64,000 nt of DNA from a virus. A program made the position numbers and the translations under genes. The notes under the pieces are model-generated. The model had not been told where the DNA came from and searched no databases. It worked only from the letters and a program-made list of their open reading frames with translations. The stretch lies in the UHGV virus genome UHGV-0229283, one strand, 5' to 3'. Below, one piece after another: positions 18,728-28,039 of the stretch (position 1 is the stretch's first letter; each line of letters opens with the position of its first letter).

Positions 18728-20035
18728 CTAAAATTTTCCTGGGAATGTGTCTTTGTAGAATTTAACAATTCTTTGGTCTACGATAATATCACGTTCTTTA
18801 ACCGGACGCAACAATCTTAAACCTTTTGTAGAAGTGGCCCTGCTAAAGGCAACATAGGCCATCCCAGGAGCAAAAGCTCCATAACCAAAGTCTATATTAA
18901 CCTCTGGCAAAGTCAAGCCTTGAGCTTTGTGAATGGTCACTGCATAACCAAGGCGAATGGGTAAGTTTGTGTATGTTCCAACAACAATCTTTTCCAATTC
19001 CTCTTCAGTCTTACCATTCTTGATAACCTTTCTTGGGAAGTATTCAACATTTTCCCAGACATTCTTTTCGATCTCTACAACCTTGCCGTCTTCCAGTTCT
19101 ACATCTACCGAAAACTTCCTTAGGGCCTTGATAATACCCCGTGTTCCGTTTACAAATTTAGGACCGTCTTCATCTGGATTCTGATCATTAACGGTGATCA
19201 TGACACGAGTCCCTACCTTGAGGTGTAGACTCTCAGCAACTGGACGCTGGGCAAAATCTCCTGTTTTGGAGGCTTTGTAAATAACCTCTTCACCCGGTAT
19301 CTGATCGTAATGCTTTTTGTTGATACGTTCCGCCGCGGCATTAGTTGAAGTCAGGGTAATCGCATTCAGTGCTGCACCTTTTGAATAGCACTGATTGTTG
19401 AGGAATTTAACTATTTCATCAATACGCTCGCCTTTCCTCATATGATTCAACAACGATGAAAAATGCACACTGTTTTGACGATAAATCTTGTCAAGAAGTA
19501 CAGGGTATGGATTTATCTCTCCCCAAGTGTCTGAGAAACACGATAATTCTGTGCTGTGGAGTTCGAAGTAAGCGTTTTCTTCAGAATCTGTCAGAACTGG
19601 AGGGTTCTGAAAGAAATCACCAAACATTATGACCTGAAGACCGCCGAAAGCTTTCTTAGGCTCCCTTCTCGCAACACGTAGTTTCTGATCCATTTCCCAC
19701 AATTTGTCGGCTCGCACCATAGATATTTCATCAATAATGATACGCTCAAGAGATTTGCTTTTTAAAAGTTTTTTAGGTTTAGTTTTTACTGTCTTACCAT
19801 CATTTTCTGTGGCTATCCCCATTGATAACCCGAAAGCTCGATGAGTTGTCATTCCATCAACATTAAGTGAAGCGACCCCTGTCGGGGCCACTGTTAATGT
19901 TGAACTTGGATACAGGGATTGGATTGTTTTGATCAGATGGCTCTTGCCACTACCACCAGGTCCCGTAATGAAAACGTTTTTGCCTTCAATGATAGCACCT
20001 AAGGCCTCTTCCGTTCCCACTCCAAAATCAGACAT
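18728..20035 (-). CDS. Dda/Pif1/RecD-like SF1B DNA helicase
   Basis: 435 aa. Walker A ITGPGGSGKSHL. The DEISMV motif II and the length are typical of T4 Dda-like helicases. Confidence 0.8.
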   Translation of the reverse strand: MSDFGVGTEEALGAIIEGKNVFITGPGGSGKSHLIKTIQSLYPSSTLTVAPTGVASLNVDGMTTHRAFGLSMGIATENDGKTVKTKPKKLLKSKSLERIIIDEISMVRADKLWEMDQKLRVARREPKKAFGGLQVIMFGDFFQNPPVLTDSEENAYFELHSTELSCFSDTWGEINPYPVLLDKIYRQNSVHFSSLLNHMRKGERIDEIVKFLNNQCYSKGAALNAITLTSTNAAAERINKKHYDQIPGEEVIYKASKTGDFAQRPVAESLHLKVGTRVMITVNDQNPDEDGPKFVNGTRGIIKALRKFSVDVELEDGKVVEIEKNVWENVEYFPRKVIKNGKTEEELEKIVVGTYTNLPIRLGYAVTIHKAQGLTLPEVNIDFGYGAFAPGMAYVAFSRATSTKGLRLLRPVKERDIIVDQRIVKFYKDTFPGKF

Positions 20036-21270
20036 TAATCCTCCTTATCGAGATAAATTTCGTCCAGGATAGCACCCCTTACACCCACAACAATAACATC
20101 AGGAGCACCTGCTGGCTTTTCTTTTCCTGTCAATACCTCATAGCGGCAGCAGCGGCATTTCTTGTTATTGTAGTTATATGGTACGCTAACAATGTCTGCC
20201 GGGTCAACAGATACCTCAACCACATTACCATAATCACGGGCATATTCCTTGGAGGCGATATGTAAACCCTGGCTACAAGCTTTGGTTGGGTCATCTTCAA
20301 CCATGTTTCTTGGCATAGTGACTGTGGTGTTAGCCCAGTTAGGGACCAAGCCTGTGAACCAGTCACGAGGACCATTCTCAGTGCGTTTAAGACCCTTGTA
20401 GGCCAAGATGTTGCCATTCTCCAGAATCTCGAACTTGTTATGCTCCAAGAAGTCGTACAGCATTTCAACCGATTTGTAAGAAGGATTGAGCATCAGCTTC
20501 CGCATGAACTCGACATAACGGTTATCGAACTTCCCCGTCTCGATATCGGAAACAATACGGCGAGCAATACCGCTTTCTTGTTTGATACCGTGCCAGTACA
20601 GAATTCCGTCTAGCAGCTTCATATCCGGTCCAAGGTCGATTGCCACTTCAGCTTTTGCAGCGATCCCCGCTTCAATAAGCGCTACGGCTTCGTCGATCTT
20701 GTTGTTTAACAGCAACATACCGACGTCGTTAAAGATTTCGCTGTTACTGCCCAGAGTATGAATGGTTCCATCTGGAAGTGTGATGGAAACGTTGCCTGGT
20801 GTCATGATGACAATGGGATCAGCTTTCGTGTCATCAACAACCGAAATCTTAATAGGCACAGGTGTAGGTTCTGGAAGCTGAGGAACAGTAACGCTCACTT
20901 CTACATCAGAAACCACGAACACCACTTCCCAGCGCTTACCACGCTTGCCAAGGTCCTTGACAACTCCCTCCTCTTTGTCATGTCCTGCTGTTGTCTTTGC
21001 ATGATCGATAATCTTCGCATTCTGTACAGTCTTAGAGAATGCTCGGGCCTCTCCACGACTCGCAAAGAACATAGAGGCAGTTGGCGCAGGGTAAGTTTCC
21101 ATATCGAAGGAAATCGTCTTTTCCGGGGAAGCACCAATACTGTCTTTGGGGACAACCATCCAACGCCCCTCTGCCAGCACCGCTGGGGATACACCACGGT
21201 CCACAACCTTCATACCACGACTTGCAGCACAAACACGAGCATCTGCACGGGATTTAAAAAGATCACTCAT
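20035..21270 (-). CDS. hypothetical protein (411 aa), translationally coupled between the GHKL ATPase and the helicase
   Basis: The start overlaps the upstream stop and the stop overlaps the downstream start. No recognisable motif. Confidence 0.55.
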   Translation of the reverse strand: MSDLFKSRADARVCAASRGMKVVDRGVSPAVLAEGRWMVVPKDSIGASPEKTISFDMETYPAPTASMFFASRGEARAFSKTVQNAKIIDHAKTTAGHDKEEGVVKDLGKRGKRWEVVFVVSDVEVSVTVPQLPEPTPVPIKISVVDDTKADPIVIMTPGNVSITLPDGTIHTLGSNSEIFNDVGMLLLNNKIDEAVALIEAGIAAKAEVAIDLGPDMKLLDGILYWHGIKQESGIARRIVSDIETGKFDNRYVEFMRKLMLNPSYKSVEMLYDFLEHNKFEILENGNILAYKGLKRTENGPRDWFTGLVPNWANTTVTMPRNMVEDDPTKACSQGLHIASKEYARDYGNVVEVSVDPADIVSVPYNYNNKKCRCCRYEVLTGKEKPAGAPDVIVVGVRGAILDEIYLDKED

Positions 21271-23258
21271 TATTTCTCTCCTTTGCTATCAATAAATTTA
21301 CGATACTCAGCCACCTCTGGTGAGTTAAAATGCTCCATCGAGATGTGCTTCAGTAACGGGTAACGTTCTTTTACCTTGTTAATCAGGCTTTTCCCAACAC
21401 GAATACGTCCATTGACGATTCTCTTCGCAGTTCTTTCTGCACTATAATAACCTTTAACATGGTAAAGGGTACTAGCCATATTAACCTTTTCCTTGTATTC
21501 AGGATCTTTGACAACCTCTACACCTATTCCCTTTAAGTCGTCCAAGAGAGAGCGATACTCACGCTGTCTGGTTAACTGATTAAGATGATAATCCAACAGG
21601 TTTGAACTTGCAACCTTATAAAGGTCGTCCTGTGTAATCATCCTAACATCATCATCCAGCCAACTCACTCGGTTTAAAGGTACGATGTATAATTTATCAT
21701 CAATACCAAGATCTGACAAGAAGGTCTCCGGTTGATGACGGTTAGAAAGGTACGCCGTAGACCCAAGGTCACAAGTCCCTCGTGCCTGACCACCAGAATA
21801 GATCATGGCATATTTGATATCATCAAATTCCGCACGGGAGATACGTGTTTTCCTAATAGCTCCACTCTGCTCAATGATCCATACTGGATGCCCTGGTTCA
21901 TACAGGCTATAGCCGCCATACTTTTTATCCGATTTCGATGCTGGACGCTTTTCCAAATCCGACAGCTTATGGATCATTCCCGCAAAGAATGGATTATCAC
22001 ACATTTGTGCCACACCAAGATTGTCCGTCAGATAGACGGCCTTGCCTGTTACATCAAACAACTGATTACATTTACTTCTAACCAGCTTATTGTCGTCGTT
22101 GTATACAAGATGGTAACCATTCATCATATCCGCATATGAATAGTCTTTGTCAGTTCTACGCTTCTCCCCGTGGCCGTTGTAAGTTACACATTCCTTGACG
22201 CTTACAGAGTCAACATAATCTCTGAACAATTCCGCAATGTATTTTGCGCCGTATTTTGTAGCAAACCACCCGCCAACTCGCTTCATATACTCCAGAACAT
22301 CCGCAAGTTTTGGAAGCTTACGGAGTTCATGGTAAATTTCTTCACCACGGCGATCAAGGGCCGTCTGAACGAATGTCTTAAGGCGCTCTTCGAAGCCACG
22401 GTCATTCTTGCCCTCGATAGTCCATTCACGTCCCGGATTGACATCGCAATCCCCGATTGGGATGGACACCATCATCAGGGGCCATTCAGGGTTATTGCTC
22501 AGAAACTTTGATTTGTACGGCTGTTGTCCCATAACCACAACGCTATCAGCATTGTTAGATACCGACGAATACATTTCCAGCATCCAACCAGATTCTTCAT
22601 CTTTGAACGTATACTGCACCGGGTAGGTACGGTCTCGAATAGATGAAGTCACAAATGGGTCATTGATCTCGTAAGGGAACTTAGCATAACGCAGGCAACT
22701 GATAATTGCACGGCGGTATTTCTCAGTCTCTGCCGGGTCAACGTTGAATTTGATTTCAACACCATTTTCTTCTATGGTTTTTGACTCGTGGAGAGGCACA
22801 ACCTCAGGTATCCCTTGGTCTTTATGAACAGAGTACACAGTTTTAGTACCATCTTTGATGGAGATGACACTGAACATGTCCGTAACGGTGAACGGGGCCT
22901 TGGAACCAATACCTTTCGCACCGATCAGATCGTTGGATTCACGTTTGGTGGACGACCCCAGCATCATGAAGGTCTGGGTAACCATGTCAAAGTCCATCCC
23001 AATACCACCATCCTTGACAGAATACCACGGTTCTAGGTCAGTTGGGGAGTGGATGATAATCGGTTTATCCCGGCATCCGGCTTCTGTGTGTGCATCTACC
23101 GCATTGAACAGGGGTTCACGACAGGCAGCAAGGATCTTGTCCTCATAAATACCATCGATCAAGATACTGAAAGTTTCAGCATTAATCGCGATACCAGCCT
23201 GATAGCGTTTGACGTTGGTACTAACTTCTACCTTCTTCTCATTACGCTCGATTATCAT
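21270..23258 (-). CDS. GHKL-superfamily ATPase (Hsp90/MutL/MORC-like Bergerat fold N-terminus), 662 aa
   Basis: The N-box EPLFNAVDA and the G1 box VKDGGIGMD resemble Hsp90 (ELISNASDA / DTGIGM). The G2 box GAKGIGSKAPF is present. The remainder is unassigned. Confidence 0.6.
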   Translation of the reverse strand: MIIERNEKKVEVSTNVKRYQAGIAINAETFSILIDGIYEDKILAACREPLFNAVDAHTEAGCRDKPIIIHSPTDLEPWYSVKDGGIGMDFDMVTQTFMMLGSSTKRESNDLIGAKGIGSKAPFTVTDMFSVISIKDGTKTVYSVHKDQGIPEVVPLHESKTIEENGVEIKFNVDPAETEKYRRAIISCLRYAKFPYEINDPFVTSSIRDRTYPVQYTFKDEESGWMLEMYSSVSNNADSVVVMGQQPYKSKFLSNNPEWPLMMVSIPIGDCDVNPGREWTIEGKNDRGFEERLKTFVQTALDRRGEEIYHELRKLPKLADVLEYMKRVGGWFATKYGAKYIAELFRDYVDSVSVKECVTYNGHGEKRRTDKDYSYADMMNGYHLVYNDDNKLVRSKCNQLFDVTGKAVYLTDNLGVAQMCDNPFFAGMIHKLSDLEKRPASKSDKKYGGYSLYEPGHPVWIIEQSGAIRKTRISRAEFDDIKYAMIYSGGQARGTCDLGSTAYLSNRHQPETFLSDLGIDDKLYIVPLNRVSWLDDDVRMITQDDLYKVASSNLLDYHLNQLTRQREYRSLLDDLKGIGVEVVKDPEYKEKVNMASTLYHVKGYYSAERTAKRIVNGRIRVGKSLINKVKERYPLLKHISMEHFNSPEVAEYRKFIDSKGEK

Positions 23259-23427
23259 CTACTTCTCCTACTTTTTGCAGTTATTTATATTTAGTCTAAA
23301 GGCCGCTGTAGCCATACCTATTGCGTATGCTCCACAAATTTGTTCCCAATACATGGGCTGTGACAGTGACAATATCACACACAGAGGGGTAATGCAAACA
23401 AATATTACTAAGAATTTCTTCATGAGT

Positions 23428-23985
23428 TCATGCCCCCTGAGAATCTTCTTTCTCTTTATAATATATATGGTTATCGATCCTGACTGTGCGTAGCATGGCC
23501 TTTGTCCAGTAGGGTTTTACTTTTCGTGAATGGTAGTGGGTTGCTCCATGTGTTATGTCCAGAGCATCGTAGACGATCCTGTTTTGTTTATGAATCTTGA
23601 TCAGAACTTTTGCAAACTCTTGTGCCTTCTCCCAGCGATCCTTTTCATAGACTTTAAACGTTGTTCCTGAAGATGTCCAGGAGAATTGTCCGGGCTGGTA
23701 GACGATCTTTTTTACTGTTCCAGGGTACTTATCGTTATCCTTACGATTCAAAGTTACGAATGCGATCGACATTAACCCGGAATCACTCTCTCCACGAGCT
23801 TCTTTGTACATGTTGCAGGCTAAAATGTTTACCACTGTATCATCTTTTTTGCACAGATGAATTACCTTGGGCTTCTTTGCGTTGTCTTTAGCCAGTACAG
23901 GTGTGGTGGCTAGAGAAAACACACAGGCGGTTGCCAGAATCAGATTTTTCAATTTCAAATTTACACTCCAAATTAAAAGCCCCAT
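23428..23985 (-). CDS. SleB-like cell wall hydrolase (Hydrolase_2) with signal peptide; candidate endolysin
   Basis: CNMYKEARGESDSGLMSIAFVTLNRKD...YQPGQFSW is the SleB/CwlJ signature. The N-terminus is hydrophobic. The annotated ATG lies inside a hairpin, so the true start may be the downstream TTG (MKLKNLILATAC...). Confidence 0.65.
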   Translation of the reverse strand: MGLLIWSVNLKLKNLILATACVFSLATTPVLAKDNAKKPKVIHLCKKDDTVVNILACNMYKEARGESDSGLMSIAFVTLNRKDNDKYPGTVKKIVYQPGQFSWTSSGTTFKVYEKDRWEKAQEFAKVLIKIHKQNRIVYDALDITHGATHYHSRKVKPYWTKAMLRTVRIDNHIYYKEKEDSQGA

Positions 23986-25300
23986 TGCGGGGCTAAGATG
24001 CTATAATTTTACTTATGGGTCAACCCCTTATTAAGGATATTTTTTGCAGCATTAATGTCTGCATTCTCAGTATGACCGCAAGAAATACATAAAAATTTAG
24101 CTTGTGTTTTCCTGTTTTCTTTTGATACATACCCACATCCAGAGCACGTCTGAGAGGTATATGCTGGATTAACAATCATTAACTCACTTCCGTACCTGAT
24201 CGTTTTGTAAGCTAACTGCATACGTACCGAGTATAGACTCATATTTAGAATCTCTCGGTTAAGCCCTGTTTTAGCCTTCACATTTTTACCAGGCTGTTCA
24301 ATCGTTCCTTTTGACGATTTCGTCATATTGGAAACTTTCAAATCTTCCAGAACAATTTTGTAGGATTTTGTAGCCAACTTTTTAGTAAGTTTGTGGCAGG
24401 CGTCTTGGCGAATACTCCCTTGTTTGGACTTGCGTACAGTGATCATTTCGCCAAGCTTTTTGTATCTTGCGCTGCCTTTCTGGCATTTGGCTTGCTTACG
24501 TTGAAGAATACGAATACGTTCTTCAAGAGCCTTTAACGATTCTTTAGGATACTCCTCATGCCATGCTGTTTCACTATCTGAATCATAGCATGTTGCATAC
24601 TGTGCAACACCTAAGTCAACACCAACACACATTTCCCTTTTATTAGAGATCTGATAATAATCTTCGTCAGGTATTTCAAAGATGAAAGCAACATACCAGT
24701 CACCAGCAGTTTTGCTGAACGTGGTATTCATAAGTTTCCCATTCAGGATACGTGCAGGTATCTTATCTCCCAGTTTCATCTTTCCAAGTCTGTTGTGGAT
24801 GATGTAAGCCCCAACGTCATCAAGATTCTTTTCCTTTTTGAAGTCTGTATTGCTTAATTTAAAACCTTTCCTGCGATGCTTTGATTGAAACTTGGGTCTG
24901 CCTCCAAGCTTTTTGAAGCATCGCTGCCATGCCTCTTTGAGGTCATACTTTATAGCAAGCTGGCCAACACTACCGGGTATCCCATTTAACCATGTGTGGA
25001 TTCCTGAGCCTAACATTACTCCAGATTTTGTTGGCTTTTTAAAACCGAGAGGGTATTTACCTTGGTTAAAAAATTTATCGTATTCATTTATTTTTGCCAA
25101 TTTCCATTTTTCATCAGGAGATAGGGTTTCTTGGTCTATGAAACATAACCCTAATGCATAATTAAAAGCATAACGTCTGGCGTTGCTCCAATGAAGAAGA
25201 GTGCTGTTTTGGCGATTATTTGTACCAACTTTTGTTTTAAAACCTACCATCATGATAATCATCTACCTGCGCTGTTAAAGTTCATTCCGACAGTACCACA
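23975..25300 (-). mobile_element. IS200/IS605-family tnpB-only element (boundaries approximate)
   Basis: A TnpB gene with no tnpA. A stable hairpin (AGCCCCGCAATGGGGCT) sits at its 3' end where the omega RNA / right end would lie. Exact ends were not determined. Confidence 0.4.
24009..25262 (-). CDS. tnpB: TnpB (IS605 OrfB-family RNA-guided endonuclease)
   Basis: 417 aa. RuvC-I VGVDLGV, RuvC-II IVLEDLKVSNM, zinc finger CSGCG...CISCGH and RuvC-III NADINAAKNI are all present. Confidence 0.85.
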   Translation of the reverse strand: MIIMMVGFKTKVGTNNRQNSTLLHWSNARRYAFNYALGLCFIDQETLSPDEKWKLAKINEYDKFFNQGKYPLGFKKPTKSGVMLGSGIHTWLNGIPGSVGQLAIKYDLKEAWQRCFKKLGGRPKFQSKHRRKGFKLSNTDFKKEKNLDDVGAYIIHNRLGKMKLGDKIPARILNGKLMNTTFSKTAGDWYVAFIFEIPDEDYYQISNKREMCVGVDLGVAQYATCYDSDSETAWHEEYPKESLKALEERIRILQRKQAKCQKGSARYKKLGEMITVRKSKQGSIRQDACHKLTKKLATKSYKIVLEDLKVSNMTKSSKGTIEQPGKNVKAKTGLNREILNMSLYSVRMQLAYKTIRYGSELMIVNPAYTSQTCSGCGYVSKENRKTQAKFLCISCGHTENADINAAKNILNKGLTHK

Positions 25301-25347
25301 CTACGTGAGGAACGTGATAGAATGGAGAGTTCGTGCATACAGTCCAG

Positions 25348-25495
25348 AGGTTATCCCCACATATTTTGGGGGCACCTGATATCTGTGATACGCTAGGAGG
25401 ACTACATCGGTTTATCCCACATTGTGGGGAACACGGGCAGCGATTTGTAGCGATCCGGGTTGGCCTCGGTTTATCCCCACGCATGTGGGGAACAC
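25348..25495 (-). CRISPR. orphan mini CRISPR array: 3 type I-E-like repeats (29, 27, 28 nt) and 2 spacers of exactly 32 bp; no cas genes
   Basis: Read on the minus strand, R3 at 25467..25495 is GTGTTCCCCACATGCGTGGGGATAAACCG. R2 at 25408..25434 is GTGTTCCCCACAATGTGGGATAAACCG. R1 at 25348..25375 is degenerate. The spacers are 25435..25466 and 25376..25407. Repeat flanks GTGTTCCCC and GGGGATAAACCG and the 6-4-6 hairpin geometry match the enterobacterial I-E repeat consensus (from memory: GTGTTCCCCGCGCCAGCGGGGATAAACCG). Confidence 0.7.
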
Positions 25496-25786
25496 TCTAA
25501 CCGTAAACATATGGCAACCTTAGTGTTTTAAGCCCACTTAAAATCTACCGAGTTGTGTTCCCAAATTTGTAGAGATAGGAGCAAAGCTCCTGAAGGACTT
25601 ATGCAACTAAGTTGCAGCCCCCTTCTTCCTTCATAGACTCGCTAATGCTTATCTCCAGAAGCATAACTTCGGCGTTAACCACACCTAGAGGATTGGCTCC
25701 CAACAAGAGACACTATACAGTGTCTCTTAATTGGAGTCAACAATTATTTTCTAAGAATATCCCCTGAAACTGTTTTCACATTACCT

Positions 25787-25978
25787 TCAATAAACTTCTG
25801 TTCTGGTCTCACCACTTTTAATGATCCTCGCTTTTTGGGCATGATAGACAAACTGTTTGTTCTCTTTAACAAACTTTTTGCCCTGTTCTTCGTCTTCGAA
25901 AATCAAGGTATCACACTCGGTGAAAGAATGTCCAGGCCTTTTTTCAACAGACCGCGTTGTGGCTACAATGAGGGACAT
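25787..25978 (-). CDS. hypothetical protein (63 aa) between the RNA ligase and the array leader
   Basis: Its start is coupled to the RNA ligase stop. Confidence 0.35.
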   Translation of the reverse strand: MSLIVATTRSVEKRPGHSFTECDTLIFEDEEQGKKFVKENKQFVYHAQKARIIKSGETRTEVY

Positions 25979-27069
25979 TAGCCCTCCTCACTCAGACGAG
26001 TCATGTACCATGCACGAGCTTTGTTGCTGATAAACTTGCCAACATCTTTCATGGTCATGGAGCTGGCTTCCAGAACATCACCCTCTTCCTTGTTGATGTC
26101 TCGGTTAATCCACCCAATGAATTCACCGATCTTAGTCTTGTCAAGACCGACTTCGCTGACACCCTGCTCAAGACGTGCTTCCGTCACAGCGTACTCAACG
26201 AACTCACGCATACTTGCGAGGCGTTCTGGGTCGATTGCCGCCAGGGTCTTAACTTTGGATACAGAGTGTTTATCACCTTTGACTTTAAACCACAGGCCAG
26301 AGATTTTAGAAAGCTCAGGATCTTTTGGAGACCAGACAATGCCTTCACCGATACCTTCTACGCCAAAGAACTTACCTGCCGGGCATTTGTTTTCCACTTC
26401 ACGAGTCAGTTCTGCCAGGTCATTCTGGACAAGTTCCGGCTCATTGAATGGGATATTAGCCATCCAGTAACCGAAGTCAAGGATACTGTAGATACGAGCA
26501 TCCGGCAATCCAATTCCAAACTGGAACGTTGGTGGTAGCCAGTTGAGGGTATCCGTTGCCTCATCCCGTCCCACAGCCACACGGAAGATAGCAAAGAACG
26601 GCTCTACTTCAGTGATGGCAACACCTTTCTGAATGCCACGCCCAGCCCATTCACCAGCAATTTCAACCGGGAACTGGAACTCGACGTCATTGACTTCACA
26701 CAGGTATTTAACCTGTGAAAGCAACTCTGCGGTGTCTTTTCGAGACATGAAGGCCGCGAAGCCATTGTTATCGTCGCCTACAGTCACGACACGCTCTTTG
26801 GACTGGAAGACAACTTCATCCTCAGAGTGGAATACCACACTGCCATTAGTGCCGTGAAGCTTAACCGTACCGATGTACGGGATCAGGTACGCTTCCGGTG
26901 GCAACACCTTTCGCTTGATATTACCCTCTTCATCAATACCGTCGAACGTCAGTTTATCATGCATGGTGCGGATAACCTGACGGAACTGTGCGGTGCTTGG
27001 GTATTTAATTGGTTTTGTCAATTTTATTCTCCTCAAATAATTTGCTAATGTGTCCGCCAGAAAGTTCAA
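25978..27069 (-). CDS. Rnl2-like RNA ligase (ATP-dependent nucleotidyltransferase)
   Basis: GTVKLHGTNGSV matches the KxDG/KIHGTN motif I of T4 Rnl2. Length is 363 aa. Confidence 0.7.
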   Translation of the reverse strand: MNFLADTLANYLRRIKLTKPIKYPSTAQFRQVIRTMHDKLTFDGIDEEGNIKRKVLPPEAYLIPYIGTVKLHGTNGSVVFHSEDEVVFQSKERVVTVGDDNNGFAAFMSRKDTAELLSQVKYLCEVNDVEFQFPVEIAGEWAGRGIQKGVAITEVEPFFAIFRVAVGRDEATDTLNWLPPTFQFGIGLPDARIYSILDFGYWMANIPFNEPELVQNDLAELTREVENKCPAGKFFGVEGIGEGIVWSPKDPELSKISGLWFKVKGDKHSVSKVKTLAAIDPERLASMREFVEYAVTEARLEQGVSEVGLDKTKIGEFIGWINRDINKEEGDVLEASSMTMKDVGKFISNKARAWYMTRLSEEG

Positions 27070-27262
27070 GAACTACATATCTTTGTTGGTCATCAAAATA
27101 CTGCTTCCCACCCCATGTTGCGTGGACAAGATTCCACGCATTCTTGGCAGCGCCAGAGCTAATCCATCCAATCTTGGCTTTGTGGTTCCAGAGGCATCTG
27201 TCAACAGTGTCATAGATGACAAAAACCAATTTACTCATCAGGACCCTCCAGCTTCCAGCCAC
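27005..27262 (-). CDS. hypothetical protein (85 aa or shorter)
   Basis: Overlaps the ligase start. The true start is probably the internal Met (MSKLVFV). Confidence 0.35.
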   Translation of the reverse strand: MAGSWRVLMSKLVFVIYDTVDRCLWNHKAKIGWISSGAAKNAWNLVHATWGGKQYFDDQQRYVVLELSGGHISKLFEENKIDKTN

Positions 27263-27554
27263 GACTATTCAGCCATTCGTCAATCTGAATACCCGTGCCG
27301 TCACCACTTGGTTTCTCTACCCCAAGTAGTAGTATGGCAAAGCTCTGACCACGAGGGGCGTTATAGGTTAACACCGTATTACCCACATAAAGGTCGATCT
27401 TTTTGGTATGTGCTACCATACCGTCTCTCAATTTAACCACGATAATCCAGTCCCCCCTGTGGATAATCCACATTTTGTCATTTCCCGAATGGCAGCGATC
27501 TGTTCTGATGTCAGAGGGCCGTCGTCTGGAGGGTAGTAACCAGGGATTTCCCAT
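27231..27554 (-). CDS. hypothetical protein (107 aa or shorter)
   Basis: Overlaps the macro gene 3' end. Uncertain start. Confidence 0.3.
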   Translation of the reverse strand: MGNPWLLPSRRRPSDIRTDRCHSGNDKMWIIHRGDWIIVVKLRDGMVAHTKKIDLYVGNTVLTYNAPRGQSFAILLLGVEKPSGDGTGIQIDEWLNSRGWKLEGPDE

Positions 27555-28039
27555 TCTTTCAAGACATAAACTGTCACATCACAATCAAAGAAGATTGATT
27601 TGATCATTGCCTCGATGACGTTCCAGTCACCGCCTGCAAGGCCCGCACCAATTTTAGGGAAGCCAATTTTGTAGTCAGCCATAGAACCGTCTGTAAAGCT
27701 CTGTAAGAGCTTTTTCATTTCAACCATCGAATCATACAAGGCATTGTAGTCGAGGTCCCTGAGGCCCTGTTTACGGAGAGTATAGCCATATTGTGAGTAC
27801 AGATTAAACCCTGCGACTGTACCGTCCTTCAGGAAGGCCATTGTATAGGTTCCAAGTTTGGCTTTATCACCCTTCTCGGTCTTGAGATCCGCAGCGTACA
27901 TTTTGGGGAACGCTTCTTTGACCAACGGGGCGATACCCCTGCCCATAGCGCAATGGCAATTACAACCGTGAGCGAACACGTTAACTTCACCGTTCTTAAC
28001 GGCCTCGATCAGGTCTCCAACTTTATATTTCAAGCTCAT
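27428..28039 (-). CDS. macro domain protein (Poa1p-like ADP-ribose-1''-phosphate phosphatase family)
   Basis: VFAHGCNCHCAMGRGIAPL resembles the Poa1p-like macro signature (hCxs.d..mGaGIA). Length is 203 aa. Confidence 0.55.
   Translation of the reverse strand: MSLKYKVGDLIEAVKNGEVNVFAHGCNCHCAMGRGIAPLVKEAFPKMYAADLKTEKGDKAKLGTYTMAFLKDGTVAGFNLYSQYGYTLRKQGLRDLDYNALYDSMVEMKKLLQSFTDGSMADYKIGFPKIGAGLAGGDWNVIEAMIKSIFFDCDVTVYVLKEWEIPGYYPPDDGPLTSEQIAAIREMTKCGLSTGGTGLSWLN

Noticed and set aside
25275-25484. 69 aa minus-strand ORF over the CRISPR-like repeats
   Set aside because: It simply reads through the repeat/spacer units, with a Cys/Pro-rich low-complexity translation. This is an artefact of the array.
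25554-25561. Additional GTGTTCCC repeat-start-like octamer in the putative leader (plus strand)
   Set aside because: It is on the opposite strand to the array repeats and lacks the rest of the repeat. This is probably coincidence.
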